Source: an uncultured Verrucomicrobiae bacterium
GTDB lineage: Bacteria > Verrucomicrobiota > Verrucomicrobiia > Palsa-1439
Direction of reading: 5' to 3'
Length of the DNA: 64,000 nucleotides
Assembly: GCA_963812605.1 (NCBI GenBank)
Contig: CAWEWF010000001.1
Coordinates: 576,001 to 640,000, forward strand
Notes under the pieces: generated by a model
Database searches by the model: none
What the model was told of the DNA's origin: nothing
Seen by the model: only the letters and a program-made list of their open reading frames with translations
Shown: one piece after another, positions 27,908-36,998 of the stretch
Position numbering within the stretch: the stretch's first letter is position 1
How the letters are laid out: every line of letters starts with the position of its first letter
Made by a program: the position numbers and the translations under genes

Positions 27908-29269
27908 ATGTGTTATAAAACCGTTTCCCTCAAGACACCAATTCCTGGTCCCAAAAGCCAGGCGTTGCTGGCGCGGCGGAAGGCGGCGGTGCCGCAGGGG
28001 CCGTTTAACATTGCGCCGATCTTCGTGGAACGCGGCGAGGGCGTAACTGTCACTGATGTTGATGGAAACGTGTTTCTGGATTTCTCGGGCGGGCTTGGGT
28101 CGCTGAATGCGGGGCATGCCAACCCGAAAGTTGTGGAGGCGGTGACGGCGCAGGCGCGAAAGTATCTGCACACCTGTTTCCACATTGCCCAGTACGAGCC
28201 GTACATCGCTTTGGCGGAGAAACTGAATGCCATCACGCCCGGCAAGTTCGCGAAGAAGACATTGCTTCTCAATAGCGGCGCGGAAGCAGTCGAGAACGCG
28301 GTGAAGATTGCGCGGTATTACACGAAACGACCAGCGGTGATTGGTTTCGAACACGGGTTTGCCGGACGCACACTCCTGGCGATGACGCTGACCAGCAAGG
28401 TAATGCCCTACAAGTTTGGATTCGGCCCGTTCGCGCCCGAAGTGTATCGGCTGCCGTACCCGTATACGTATCGAAGTGGATTTGACGAAACGACCACAGG
28501 CAGGGACGCCTGTGCCACCAAGGGTTTTGAGGCTTTTGCAATCGAACAGATGCACGAGTTCTTTCACACCCACGTTGACTCGAAGCAGGTCGCTTGTGTG
28601 GTCATGGAACTGGTGTTGGGCGAAGGCGGTTTCGTTGTCGCGCCGAAACCGTATGTGCAGGCGCTGGCGAAGTTTTGCAGGGAAAACGGCATTCTATTCA
28701 TTGCGGACGAAATCCAGACGGGCTTTGCGCGCACGGGTAAAATGTTCGCGACGGAGCATTATGATTTCGAGCCAGATTTGATTACCACCGCAAAATCGCT
28801 GGCGGGCGGAATGCCGTTGTCGGCGGTGACCGGTCGGGCGGAGATCATGGACAGCGTGCACGTCGGCGGCCTGGGCGGCACGTACGGCGGCAACCCCGTG
28901 GCCTGCGCGGCGGCGTTGGCGACGATTGACGAGATCGAACGGATGAACCTGCCGGCGCGCGCGGAGAAAATTGGCGAGAAATTGCGGGGCCGCGCGTTGG
29001 CCTGGCAGAAGAAACACCCGCTGATCGGCGATGTGCGCGGGTTGGGTGCGATGGTGGCGATGGAATTCGTCAAGGACCGCCAGACCAGAGAGCCGGCCAG
29101 GGAATTCACCGTGAAGTTGATCCAGCGCTGCGTCGAGAACGGCGTGATCCTTATTTATGCCGGCACGCACAGCAACGTCCTGCGGTATCTCGTCCCGCTG
29201 ATCATCACCGATGAACAGCTTGAGGAAGGGCTTGATGTGATTGAGAAGCAGTTGTTCAACCGCGAATGA
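27908..29269 (+). CDS. gabT: 4-aminobutyrate aminotransferase
   Basis: DVDGN, HTCF, NSGAEAVENAVKIAR, GEGGF, DEIQTGFARTG, AKSLAGGMPL, GGTYGGNP. Confidence 0.9.
   Translation: MCYKTVSLKTPIPGPKSQALLARRKAAVPQGPFNIAPIFVERGEGVTVTDVDGNVFLDFSGGLGSLNAGHANPKVVEAVTAQARKYLHTCFHIAQYEPYIALAEKLNAITPGKFAKKTLLLNSGAEAVENAVKIARYYTKRPAVIGFEHGFAGRTLLAMTLTSKVMPYKFGFGPFAPEVYRLPYPYTYRSGFDETTTGRDACATKGFEAFAIEQMHEFFHTHVDSKQVACVVMELVLGEGGFVVAPKPYVQALAKFCRENGILFIADEIQTGFARTGKMFATEHYDFEPDLITTAKSLAGGMPLSAVTGRAEIMDSVHVGGLGGTYGGNPVACAAALATIDEIERMNLPARAEKIGEKLRGRALAWQKKHPLIGDVRGLGAMVAMEFVKDRQTREPAREFTVKLIQRCVENGVILIYAGTHSNVLRYLVPLIITDEQLEEGLDVIEKQLFNRE
28495..28518 (+). repeat. REP-like palindrome inside gabT
   Basis: CACAGGC-AGGGAC-GCCTGTG-CCAC. 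Confidence 0.65.
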
Positions 29270-29290
29270 ACGCGAATGGCCGCGAATCGA
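29261..29290 (+). repeat. 3 x 10-bp tandem repeat CGCGAATnnn
   Basis: CGCGAATGAA CGCGAATGGC CGCGAATCGA. Confidence 0.85.
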
Positions 29291-30385
29291 AATTTCGTTG
29301 TTCTTGGTGGCGTGGGCGCGATTGGGCGGGTGGTGGTGCGCGATTTGTTTGAATCGCATCCGCGGAACCACATCCTAATTGTGGACTACAACGAAGTGGG
29401 CGCGCGCGCGTATGCGCGTTCGTTTCACGGGCGGCGCGTTACGGCGGCCTTTGCGGATGCCGGGCAGTCGAAACAACTTGCGAAACTCTTCCGCGGCCAC
29501 GCCGTCGTCATCAATTGCACGCAGCACGACTTCAACCTGAAGGTGATGCGCGCGGCGCTGGCGGCGAAAGTCCACTATCTTGACCTGGGGGGATTGTTTC
29601 ACTGGACGCGCCGGCAATTGAAACTTAACCGCCAGTTCCAGCACGCAGGATTGACGGCGATTCTCGGCGCGGGCTGCGCGCCGGGCATCACCAATGTGAT
29701 GACGCGCGCGGTCGCTGACCGGCTCGACCGCGTCACGTCCGTGCGCATTCGCGTTGGCGCAAAAGATTTGAACGCCAAGCCCGCCGATTTCTTCTTCCCG
29801 TATTCCGCGCAGACGATTGTGGAGGAACTGACCCTCAAGCCGTGGGTGTTCGTGCGCGGAAGATTCAAGCAAGTGAAACCCCGTACGGGTTGGGAGCGAG
29901 TTGGTTTTTCAAGGCCGGTTGGCGCTCAGTCGGTGGTGTTGACGCGACATAGTGAGGTCGCGACAATTCCATTGACGTTTCGGGCGAAAAGTCTGCGGGA
30001 ATGCGACTTCAAAGTCGGTTTTGATCGCAAGTTTGTGCGCGAAGTGACCAGACGACTGAAAGCGGGCTGGAGAGTCCAGGATTTCGCGAAGCTACCAGTA
30101 CCACGGGGCAAGCCGAACGATTATGAAGTGTCCCGTGTGATTGTTGGCGGGAACAGGAAAACAGTCACGATGGATTGCCATGCAAAAGCGAATCGCCGCT
30201 GGCACGCCAGCGCGGGCGACATCGACACGGGCTGTCCGCCGTCGATCATTGCGCAGATGATTGTAACGGGCCTGGTTGCGCGACGAGGAGTGCTGCCACC
30301 GGAAGTGGCGGTGCCGGTCGAGCCGTTCTTCGCGGAATTGCGCAAGCGCGGGATGAAGATCGTCGTGAAGGAGAGCAAACCATGA
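29276..30385 (+). CDS. saccharopine dehydrogenase-like oxidoreductase
   Basis: GGVGAIG Rossmann motif, HYLDLGG, GCAPGITN, HSEVATIP, GVLPPE. Confidence 0.85.
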   Translation: MAANRNFVVLGGVGAIGRVVVRDLFESHPRNHILIVDYNEVGARAYARSFHGRRVTAAFADAGQSKQLAKLFRGHAVVINCTQHDFNLKVMRAALAAKVHYLDLGGLFHWTRRQLKLNRQFQHAGLTAILGAGCAPGITNVMTRAVADRLDRVTSVRIRVGAKDLNAKPADFFFPYSAQTIVEELTLKPWVFVRGRFKQVKPRTGWERVGFSRPVGAQSVVLTRHSEVATIPLTFRAKSLRECDFKVGFDRKFVREVTRRLKAGWRVQDFAKLPVPRGKPNDYEVSRVIVGGNRKTVTMDCHAKANRRWHASAGDIDTGCPPSIIAQMIVTGLVARRGVLPPEVAVPVEPFFAELRKRGMKIVVKESKP

Positions 30386-31800
30386 AAATGTGCGTGGGCG
30401 GCAAATGGGTCGAGACGGACGAAAAAATCGAAGTGCTGAATCCATACGACAATACGGTGGTGGACACGGTACCGCACGCCCGGGCCGCGGACATTGAAGC
30501 GGCGCTTGCGGCGGCGGTGCGCGGAGCGAAGATCATGGCGAAGCTCACGGCGTGGGAGCGTTATCAGATCCTGAAGAAGACGGCCGAGAAACTCGAAGCC
30601 CGGGCGGAGGAATCCGCACGCACCATCACGTTGGAGGAAGGGAAGGCGATCAGTGAAGGTCGATTCGAGGTGGGTCGCGCGGCGGAAACGCTGACACTGT
30701 CCGCCGAGGAAGCGCGACGGATTCACGGGGAAACCGTGCCGCTGGATGCCTCGCCGGGAGGGGCGGGCAAGATGGGTTTTACGTTGCGGGTGCCGTGCGG
30801 CGTGGTGGTGGCGATCAGCCCGTTCAACTTTCCGTTGAATCTCGTGGTGCACAAAGTGGGGCCAGCCATCGCGGCGGGCAACGCCGTGATCATCAAACCG
30901 CCGTCGAACACCCCGCTTTCGGCGCTGAAGCTGACGGAACTGCTCCTGGAATGCGGGTTGCCGTCCGAAGCGATCTCGTGTTTGACGGGACCCGGCGGCG
31001 AACTCGGCGATGCGCTCTGTCGCGACCAACGGGTGCGGAAAATCACATTCACCGGCAGCGTGCCCGTCGGGGAACGGATCTGCCGGACGGCCGGCATCAA
31101 GAAGGTGACGATGGAACTCGGCAGCAACTCGCCGATCATCGTCATGCCCGACGCGGATTTGGAAACAGTGGCGGAGGCGGTCGCGGCGACCGGCTATTCG
31201 AATGCGGGCCAGGTCTGCATCTCGACCCAGCGCGTGATTGCGCAGCAAGCGGTCTACGAGGATGTGTTGGCTGCGACGAAATTGAAAGTCGAGGCGTTGA
31301 CGATCGGCAATCCGCTGGACGAGAAGACGAAGGTCGGGCCAATGATTCGCGAACACGAGGCGATACGCGTCGAACAGTGGGTGCAGGAAGCCGTGAAGGG
31401 TGGTGGACGCGTGGTCACGGGAGGCGTTCGACGTGGGGCGATTTACATGCCGACAATTATTGCCGACGTGAAGCCCGAGATGCGGATCTCCTGTGAGGAG
31501 TTGTTCGGTCCGGCGGTGGCGTTTACACCATTCCATGATGTCGAAGAGGCGCTCGCGCTTGCCAACGACAGCCCCTTCGGCCTGGCGGCGGGCGTGTTCA
31601 CGGAGAGCCTGGATACCGCGATGAAGTTTGCCCGGGAACTGGAAACGGGCAACATCCATATCAATTGGGGACCGCAATGGCGCGCGGACCTGATGCCCTA
31701 TGGCGGCCTGAAAAACAGTGGTTTTGGGAAGGAAGGCCCGCGGTACGCGGTCGAAGAAATGACCGAACTGAAAATGGTGGTTTTTCACCTGAAATATTGA
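30382..31800 (+). CDS. aldehyde dehydrogenase
   Basis: PFNFPLNL, FTGS, MELGSN, NAGQVC, EELFGP. Confidence 0.92.
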   Translation: MKMCVGGKWVETDEKIEVLNPYDNTVVDTVPHARAADIEAALAAAVRGAKIMAKLTAWERYQILKKTAEKLEARAEESARTITLEEGKAISEGRFEVGRAAETLTLSAEEARRIHGETVPLDASPGGAGKMGFTLRVPCGVVVAISPFNFPLNLVVHKVGPAIAAGNAVIIKPPSNTPLSALKLTELLLECGLPSEAISCLTGPGGELGDALCRDQRVRKITFTGSVPVGERICRTAGIKKVTMELGSNSPIIVMPDADLETVAEAVAATGYSNAGQVCISTQRVIAQQAVYEDVLAATKLKVEALTIGNPLDEKTKVGPMIREHEAIRVEQWVQEAVKGGGRVVTGGVRRGAIYMPTIIADVKPEMRISCEELFGPAVAFTPFHDVEEALALANDSPFGLAAGVFTESLDTAMKFARELETGNIHINWGPQWRADLMPYGGLKNSGFGKEGPRYAVEEMTELKMVVFHLKY

Positions 31801-31925
31801 TGTGTTGACCTTATTTTGGGGTCTGTGCTACAAGTTCGGCGACGTTCAGGAGGAGGAAGGTGACGTTCCGGTAACGATCGACCATGCGAACGGTGTCACA
31901 GCCAAGATCGGGAGGCGCGTCAGTT

Positions 31926-32141
31926 GTGGACACGCAGTTACAGAACAATAATATCAGAGTCGAACGGAAGCATTTCACGTTTGACCTGAGAGAGAACCCG
32001 CGAGGCCGTTTCTTGAGGATCATCGAGGAGGTTAATGGTCGCCGTGACGCCATCATCATCCCCCTGACGGGACTCGAAGATTTCCGCGATCAGCTGAACG
32101 AGATCATTAAGTTCAGCAAAACTCTCACTCCACAGCCTTAG
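31926..32141 (+). CDS. PUR-family ssDNA/RNA-binding protein
   Basis: ERKHFTFDLRENPRGRFLRIIE...RDAIIIP (single PUR repeat); GGAGG upstream of GTG. Confidence 0.85.
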   Translation: MDTQLQNNNIRVERKHFTFDLRENPRGRFLRIIEEVNGRRDAIIIPLTGLEDFRDQLNEIIKFSKTLTPQP

Positions 32142-32217
32142 GCATCCGGCGCTTGCAGTGGACGGCGGGCGGGCAACCGCAGCACGCCCTTACAAGCCAG
32201 GATCTCCTGAGGTTTCG

Positions 32218-33126
32218 CTATGGCTTCCTGTGCTCATCGATCCGGTCAATCGCTTTCTGCGCCAGCGCTCTCACCGCGGGATCAGGATCCATGAGAAAAA
32301 TGGCAAGCGCATTGGTGCCTTCGGCAAGACCGCATTCGCCGAGGGCGGCCGCCGCCCGGCGTCGGACCTCGACGTCGTTATTCTTGACGGCGTTGCCCAG
32401 TGGCGCCAACGCCGCCGGGTCGTGAAGCCTGGCCAGCGCCACCGCGATCCCAAATTGGTGCGCTGGCGGCGTCGCTGCCAGCGCGCGCAGGAGCAGCGGA
32501 TGAGACGACGGCGTGGCCAGATCGTAGAGGGCGCTGGTGGCGCTGTAGCGCACGTAGCCGTCCATGTCCGGTAGCAATTGAACCAACCAACCGATGGCGC
32601 GCGCGTCACCCATCTTGCCGAGCGCGATGGCCGCCTCCGCGCGCACGAACCAATTGTCGTCGGACAGCAGTCGAAACAAAGGCTTGAGCGCCGCCGGGTT
32701 GCCGAGTTGTCCCAGAGCGTGCGCGCAATCGCGGCGAACCTCGGGATCGCTGTCTTCGAGAGCACGGACAATCTCACGGAAATCGCCCGCGTTGGGCTGG
32801 TCGGCAATCAGCTTGGCTGCGTTCTCACGAACGATCCGGTCGCGATGGCGCAGCAATTCGGCCGTGAGCGATTTGCCGGCGGGGACTTGTTGCAACGCCT
32901 GCGCCGCCAGATCGGGTTTCTCGGCGCGAAGCAGCACGACCACGCGCATACGCAAAAGCGCCGCGGAATCAGGGTGTTTTTGGAGATAGGCCTCGACCGT
33001 GTCCGAGGCGGCACGCACCTGGCCGTCGTCCAGCAACTTGTTGGCCTGGTTGAGCGCAGCCTGTTCGGGAGTTCGCGCGCAACCGGCAAGCAGAAGAACG
33101 GACATCAACAGAGCGATGCGTAACAT
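32218..33126 (-). CDS. HEAT-repeat lipoprotein
   Basis: lipobox LAGC; repeated L.D.D..VR..AA.ALG units. Confidence 0.88.
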   Translation of the reverse strand: MLRIALLMSVLLLAGCARTPEQAALNQANKLLDDGQVRAASDTVEAYLQKHPDSAALLRMRVVVLLRAEKPDLAAQALQQVPAGKSLTAELLRHRDRIVRENAAKLIADQPNAGDFREIVRALEDSDPEVRRDCAHALGQLGNPAALKPLFRLLSDDNWFVRAEAAIALGKMGDARAIGWLVQLLPDMDGYVRYSATSALYDLATPSSHPLLLRALAATPPAHQFGIAVALARLHDPAALAPLGNAVKNNDVEVRRRAAAALGECGLAEGTNALAIFLMDPDPAVRALAQKAIDRIDEHRKP

Positions 33127-33249
33127 GATGAGTAACTGACGGACCGATCCCACTGTAGCCGGTGATTATCACTGACCTACGCCTTGTATCTTTGTCTTTG
33201 GCAGCGAAGTGGTCAAGAGGGAAACAAAGGCAATCACAGGGCTTCGGGG

Positions 33250-33278
33250 TTGACACCCTTTCGGGTGGCCCGTAGAGT
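33250..33278 (+). promoter_or_regulatory. sigma70-type promoter giving a near-leaderless transcript
   Basis: TTGACA-17 nt-TAGAGT; ATG at 33288. Confidence 0.6.
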
Positions 33279-33287
33279 AACAATACT

Positions 33288-34334
33288 ATGCTGGCGTCGA
33301 CATTGCGTGCTGGAGCTTCTCTCACGGCAGATTCTGGCGGCAATCTTCTGGAACTGTTGGAACCGATTGCGGCTGAATTGCCTCGGGTTGAAGTCGCTTT
33401 GGCGAACCAAGTCAGCGGTTTTGATTCGCGCTTGGGCGAGCAGATTCACTACATCCTGGGGGGCACAGGCAAGCGTCTGCGTCCGAGTCTCGCACTTTTG
33501 GCTGGGGGGACAACGGGGGGGGTTACCGAACAGCACATTACCCTGGCGGTAATCGTCGAACTGATCCACGTTGCCACATTGGTGCATGACGACGTTTTGG
33601 ATGAAGCCGACCTAAGGCATCGTATTCCAACCTCTAACTCGCGGTGGGGCAATGAGATAAGTGTTTTGCTTGGCGATTGCCTGTTCGCCCATGCGCTGCG
33701 CCTGGCTGCAAGTTACCCAACCACAGAGGTCTGCCGCAGGGTCAGCGAAGCGACGAATACCGTGTGTTCCGGCGAGATAGTCCAGACGCAACACCGTTTT
33801 GACCTGGATTTGACCCTCGAACAGTACCTGGACATCATCAATATGAAGACGGGGGCCCTTTTCGCGGTCAGTTGCGAATTGGGCGCTTTTTTGAACGGTG
33901 CGCCCTCCGCCATCGTCAAACGTATGAATGAATTCGGAACCAATTTGGGGATTGCCTACCAGATTTACGACGATTGTGTGGATATTTTTGGACAAGAGCG
34001 GCAAGCGGGGAAATCCCTTGGAACGGACATGAAAAAGGGCAAGCTCACACTTCCATTTCTCTTGCTCCTGCAGCACGTCAGTTCCGAGAATCGCCAGGAA
34101 CTGGGAGCGATGATTCTTCGCCACGGCCAGCAGGAGCAGCAGGATTTGCTCCGGCTCGTGCTGGGCAACGGCGTGGTGGGCGAGTCGCTCGCGACGATTG
34201 ACAGCTACATTTCCCGCGCTCGGACGAATCTCGCGGCGTTGCCGCCGAATGTTTACACCAGGACGTTGGCGGCCCTCACCGATTATCTTTGGGGACAAAG
34301 CCGGTCGCTTCTCAAGGAAGCTGCCGCTACGTAA
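33288..34334 (+). CDS. polyprenyl diphosphate synthase
   Basis: GKRLRP, LVHDDVLD, KTGALF, QIYDDCVD. Confidence 0.93.
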   Translation: MLASTLRAGASLTADSGGNLLELLEPIAAELPRVEVALANQVSGFDSRLGEQIHYILGGTGKRLRPSLALLAGGTTGGVTEQHITLAVIVELIHVATLVHDDVLDEADLRHRIPTSNSRWGNEISVLLGDCLFAHALRLAASYPTTEVCRRVSEATNTVCSGEIVQTQHRFDLDLTLEQYLDIINMKTGALFAVSCELGAFLNGAPSAIVKRMNEFGTNLGIAYQIYDDCVDIFGQERQAGKSLGTDMKKGKLTLPFLLLLQHVSSENRQELGAMILRHGQQEQQDLLRLVLGNGVVGESLATIDSYISRARTNLAALPPNVYTRTLAALTDYLWGQSRSLLKEAAAT

Positions 34335-34364
34335 CAGATTATTGATTACCGGGCCCAAGGGACA

Positions 34365-35039
34365 TTGATTGTGATCACTGCGAAACTAAAAGAAAAACTC
34401 GGATTCCGCGGGGTCTCGCCGCGCTCGACGAGCACGCCCGCGCCCGCCGCGGAGCGCGAGATCGATTTGCGACATGAAGAAGATGAGGCGCTCGTGCGCC
34501 GCAGCCAGAAGGGCGAGAGCGCCGCGTTCGACGTCCTGGTCGAGCGCTATAAGGAGCGGCTCTACGCCACCGTTTACCACATGACTTCCAACCACGAGGA
34601 CGCCAACGATCTCGTGCAGGAAACCTTCATCAAGGCGTACAAAAGCCTCCAGAGTTTTCGCGGCCAATCCAGTTTCTACACCTGGGTTTATCGCATCGCC
34701 GTGAACCGCACGATCAACTTCGTCAAGCGCCGCAAGAACCGCAACCAATACAGCCTCGACGACCTGGACAGTTCAATCCAGTCTGATCCGGACCTGGTGG
34801 AGATGCAGTCTCATGCCACGCCCCGGCGCGAGGTCGGATTGAACGAGCTTCAGCAAAAGCTGAACGAAGCGCTGCAAAAACTGTCGGAATCGCATCGGGC
34901 GGTGGTGACCCTGCACGACATCCAGGGCATGACGCACGCGGACATTGCGAAAGTGGTGGGATGCTCGGAAGGCACTGTGCGGTCGCGGCTTTTCTACGCG
35001 CGACAACAGTTGCAAGGATTGCTCAGCGAATATTTGTAG
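34365..35039 (+). CDS. ECF sigma factor (RpoE-like)
   Basis: DLVQETFIKAY, SFYTWVYRIAVN, GTVRSRLFYAR; start codon uncertain. Confidence 0.93.
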   Translation: MIVITAKLKEKLGFRGVSPRSTSTPAPAAEREIDLRHEEDEALVRRSQKGESAAFDVLVERYKERLYATVYHMTSNHEDANDLVQETFIKAYKSLQSFRGQSSFYTWVYRIAVNRTINFVKRRKNRNQYSLDDLDSSIQSDPDLVEMQSHATPRREVGLNELQQKLNEALQKLSESHRAVVTLHDIQGMTHADIAKVVGCSEGTVRSRLFYARQQLQGLLSEYL

Positions 35040-35045
35040 ACCGTC

Positions 35046-35702
35046 ATGGATTGCCAAAAGACACAACAGTTGTTCGATGATCTCGCGCACGAGCGGCTCG
35101 CGCCGGCGACCGCCGCGCAGGTGCGCCAGCACCTGGCCGATTGCACCGACTGCCGGGTGGTGGAACAACGCACCAGTCGCCTGCAGCGGTTGCTCGCGCT
35201 CAAGCGCCATGAGCGGCCGACACCGGAGTATTTCGACAATTTCCTTTCCGAATTTCATGGGCGGGTCTTGGCCGAAGCGCGAAAAATCGGCTGGTGGGAA
35301 AGAACGCTGGGACGCGTGGACGATTTTCTGGCGGTCGAATCGATGCGCGTGTGGCGTTTCAGCTTCACCAACGCGCTGGGCGTGGCGGCGGCTGTGGGCC
35401 TGGCGTGGATGGGCTTGCGCCAGACGGGTGATCCCGTGATTGCCGCGATGGACCAGACGACCACCGCCAACTCCTCGCTGGCCGCTGCCGAGACAATGCT
35501 TCCCCCGCCGCATTCCACGCCCCAAACGATCGTCGCATCGCTCCCGTTGTCGGCGGCTTCGGCGGATTACCCGTCGGCGTCGGCAGGCAATGTGGTTTTG
35601 GTTCCGGCCCAGGCACACACGGATTCTTCGACGCCGCGTTACATGCTGGATCGCATCCCGGTCACACCGGCCAGTTATGACGTACCGAGCGTCCATTTCT
35701 AA
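35046..35702 (+). CDS. zinc-binding anti-sigma factor
   Basis: HLADCTDC (HxxxCxxC), one TM helix, directly after the sigma gene. Confidence 0.88.
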   Translation: MDCQKTQQLFDDLAHERLAPATAAQVRQHLADCTDCRVVEQRTSRLQRLLALKRHERPTPEYFDNFLSEFHGRVLAEARKIGWWERTLGRVDDFLAVESMRVWRFSFTNALGVAAAVGLAWMGLRQTGDPVIAAMDQTTTANSSLAAAETMLPPPHSTPQTIVASLPLSAASADYPSASAGNVVLVPAQAHTDSSTPRYMLDRIPVTPASYDVPSVHF

Positions 35703-36786
35703 GTGGCGGTACATCCCCGGTATCGCATTCCTCGTTATCGCCGCCACGACAGCGGCCTTCGCGGCCGGGTTGCTGGAAACCATTGACCAGGAAGTCAGCT
35801 CGATTTACGAGAAGTCCAGGGACACTGTCGTCAAGGTCCATGCCCAACGCCAACTTCAAATCGGCAATCTACCGTTCAGTTCCTCACATCGTGTGGGCAC
35901 GGGTTTTTTCATCGACACGGACGGCCATCTGCTGACCGCCGCCACGGTGGTGGAAGACGCGGACAGTTGCTGGATCGAGTGGCGCGGCCAGAAGATCGAC
36001 GCGCGCGTCATCGGACGTGATCCACAAACAAACCTTGCCCTGTTGAAGATCAATCCGGCCCCCGGCAACCCGACGCCCTTCCTGCCGCAAGGGAATTCGG
36101 ATGAACTGCGCGTCGGGTCGATGATCATCACCATTGGATTTCCCTACGACCTGCCGAGCGCACCGGTGGTGGGCTTCGTCAACGGGATCGACATTCACTG
36201 CGGTAATCACGTCTTCGCTACCAGCCACATTCGCGCCGGATGCCGGCTGAGCCCGGGACAGGGGGGCGGCCCGATGCTGAACGCGCGCGGGGAAGTCATT
36301 GGTGTCGCCGTTGCCGCGCACGCGGATGACCAATGCTATGGCTTGCCGATCAACGCCGCGCACAAAATCTGGACGGACATCCTGCAATTTGGCCGGCCGC
36401 AATACACCTGGGTGGGTCTTGGCGTTTCGGAGAGGCAATTGGCCGTCAACCCGACAGTTTCCAATCAATGGCAGGTATTCGTCCAGCAGATTTATTCGAA
36501 TACGCCGGCGGCGGCGGCGGGTTTCCGCAATGGCGACACGCTGGTGAGTATCACGAGCAATGAAGTGCATCGCTCGGCGGACGTTCTCAATACGATGTTC
36601 TGCCACCGCGTTGGCGACACTGTCGAGTTCGTCGTGCTGCGAGATGGGCAGGAGCAGAAACTCCTGCTGGTGGTCGCCGCGCGTCCTCCCCAAGAGTCGT
36701 TCGGGACCCAGGCTACGCTGCCACCCGGGCCGTTTACGCCCCCAGGCCAGTCGCTGACCCTTGTCCCGGCGTCACAAGAGCACTAA
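35677..36786 (+). CDS. HtrA/DegP-like trypsin + PDZ protein with degenerate catalytic triad
   Basis: GTGFFID..G, LGV-type PDZ loop (WVGLGV), PAAAAG; triad positions read TAAT, TNLA, PGQGGG. Confidence 0.85.
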   Translation: MTYRASISKWRYIPGIAFLVIAATTAAFAAGLLETIDQEVSSIYEKSRDTVVKVHAQRQLQIGNLPFSSSHRVGTGFFIDTDGHLLTAATVVEDADSCWIEWRGQKIDARVIGRDPQTNLALLKINPAPGNPTPFLPQGNSDELRVGSMIITIGFPYDLPSAPVVGFVNGIDIHCGNHVFATSHIRAGCRLSPGQGGGPMLNARGEVIGVAVAAHADDQCYGLPINAAHKIWTDILQFGRPQYTWVGLGVSERQLAVNPTVSNQWQVFVQQIYSNTPAAAAGFRNGDTLVSITSNEVHRSADVLNTMFCHRVGDTVEFVVLRDGQEQKLLLVVAARPPQESFGTQATLPPGPFTPPGQSLTLVPASQEH

Positions 36787-36998
36787 CCCGGCTGCTACGA
36801 TTTCCGGAACGGGTTAGTATCCTGCGGCATTGCCGCGCGCGCGAATTCCTTGGCTTCGGACCAACTCGGCGGTAATGTTCCGGTAATCCTGATTCTGCGA
36901 GCATTGAAACGGTTTTGGCTCCCCGTGCGTCCGTGTTCATGGATAATGTGGGCAACCACGTTTGGCAATCTCGCGGAGGGAGTGCGGGCTACGATTTC

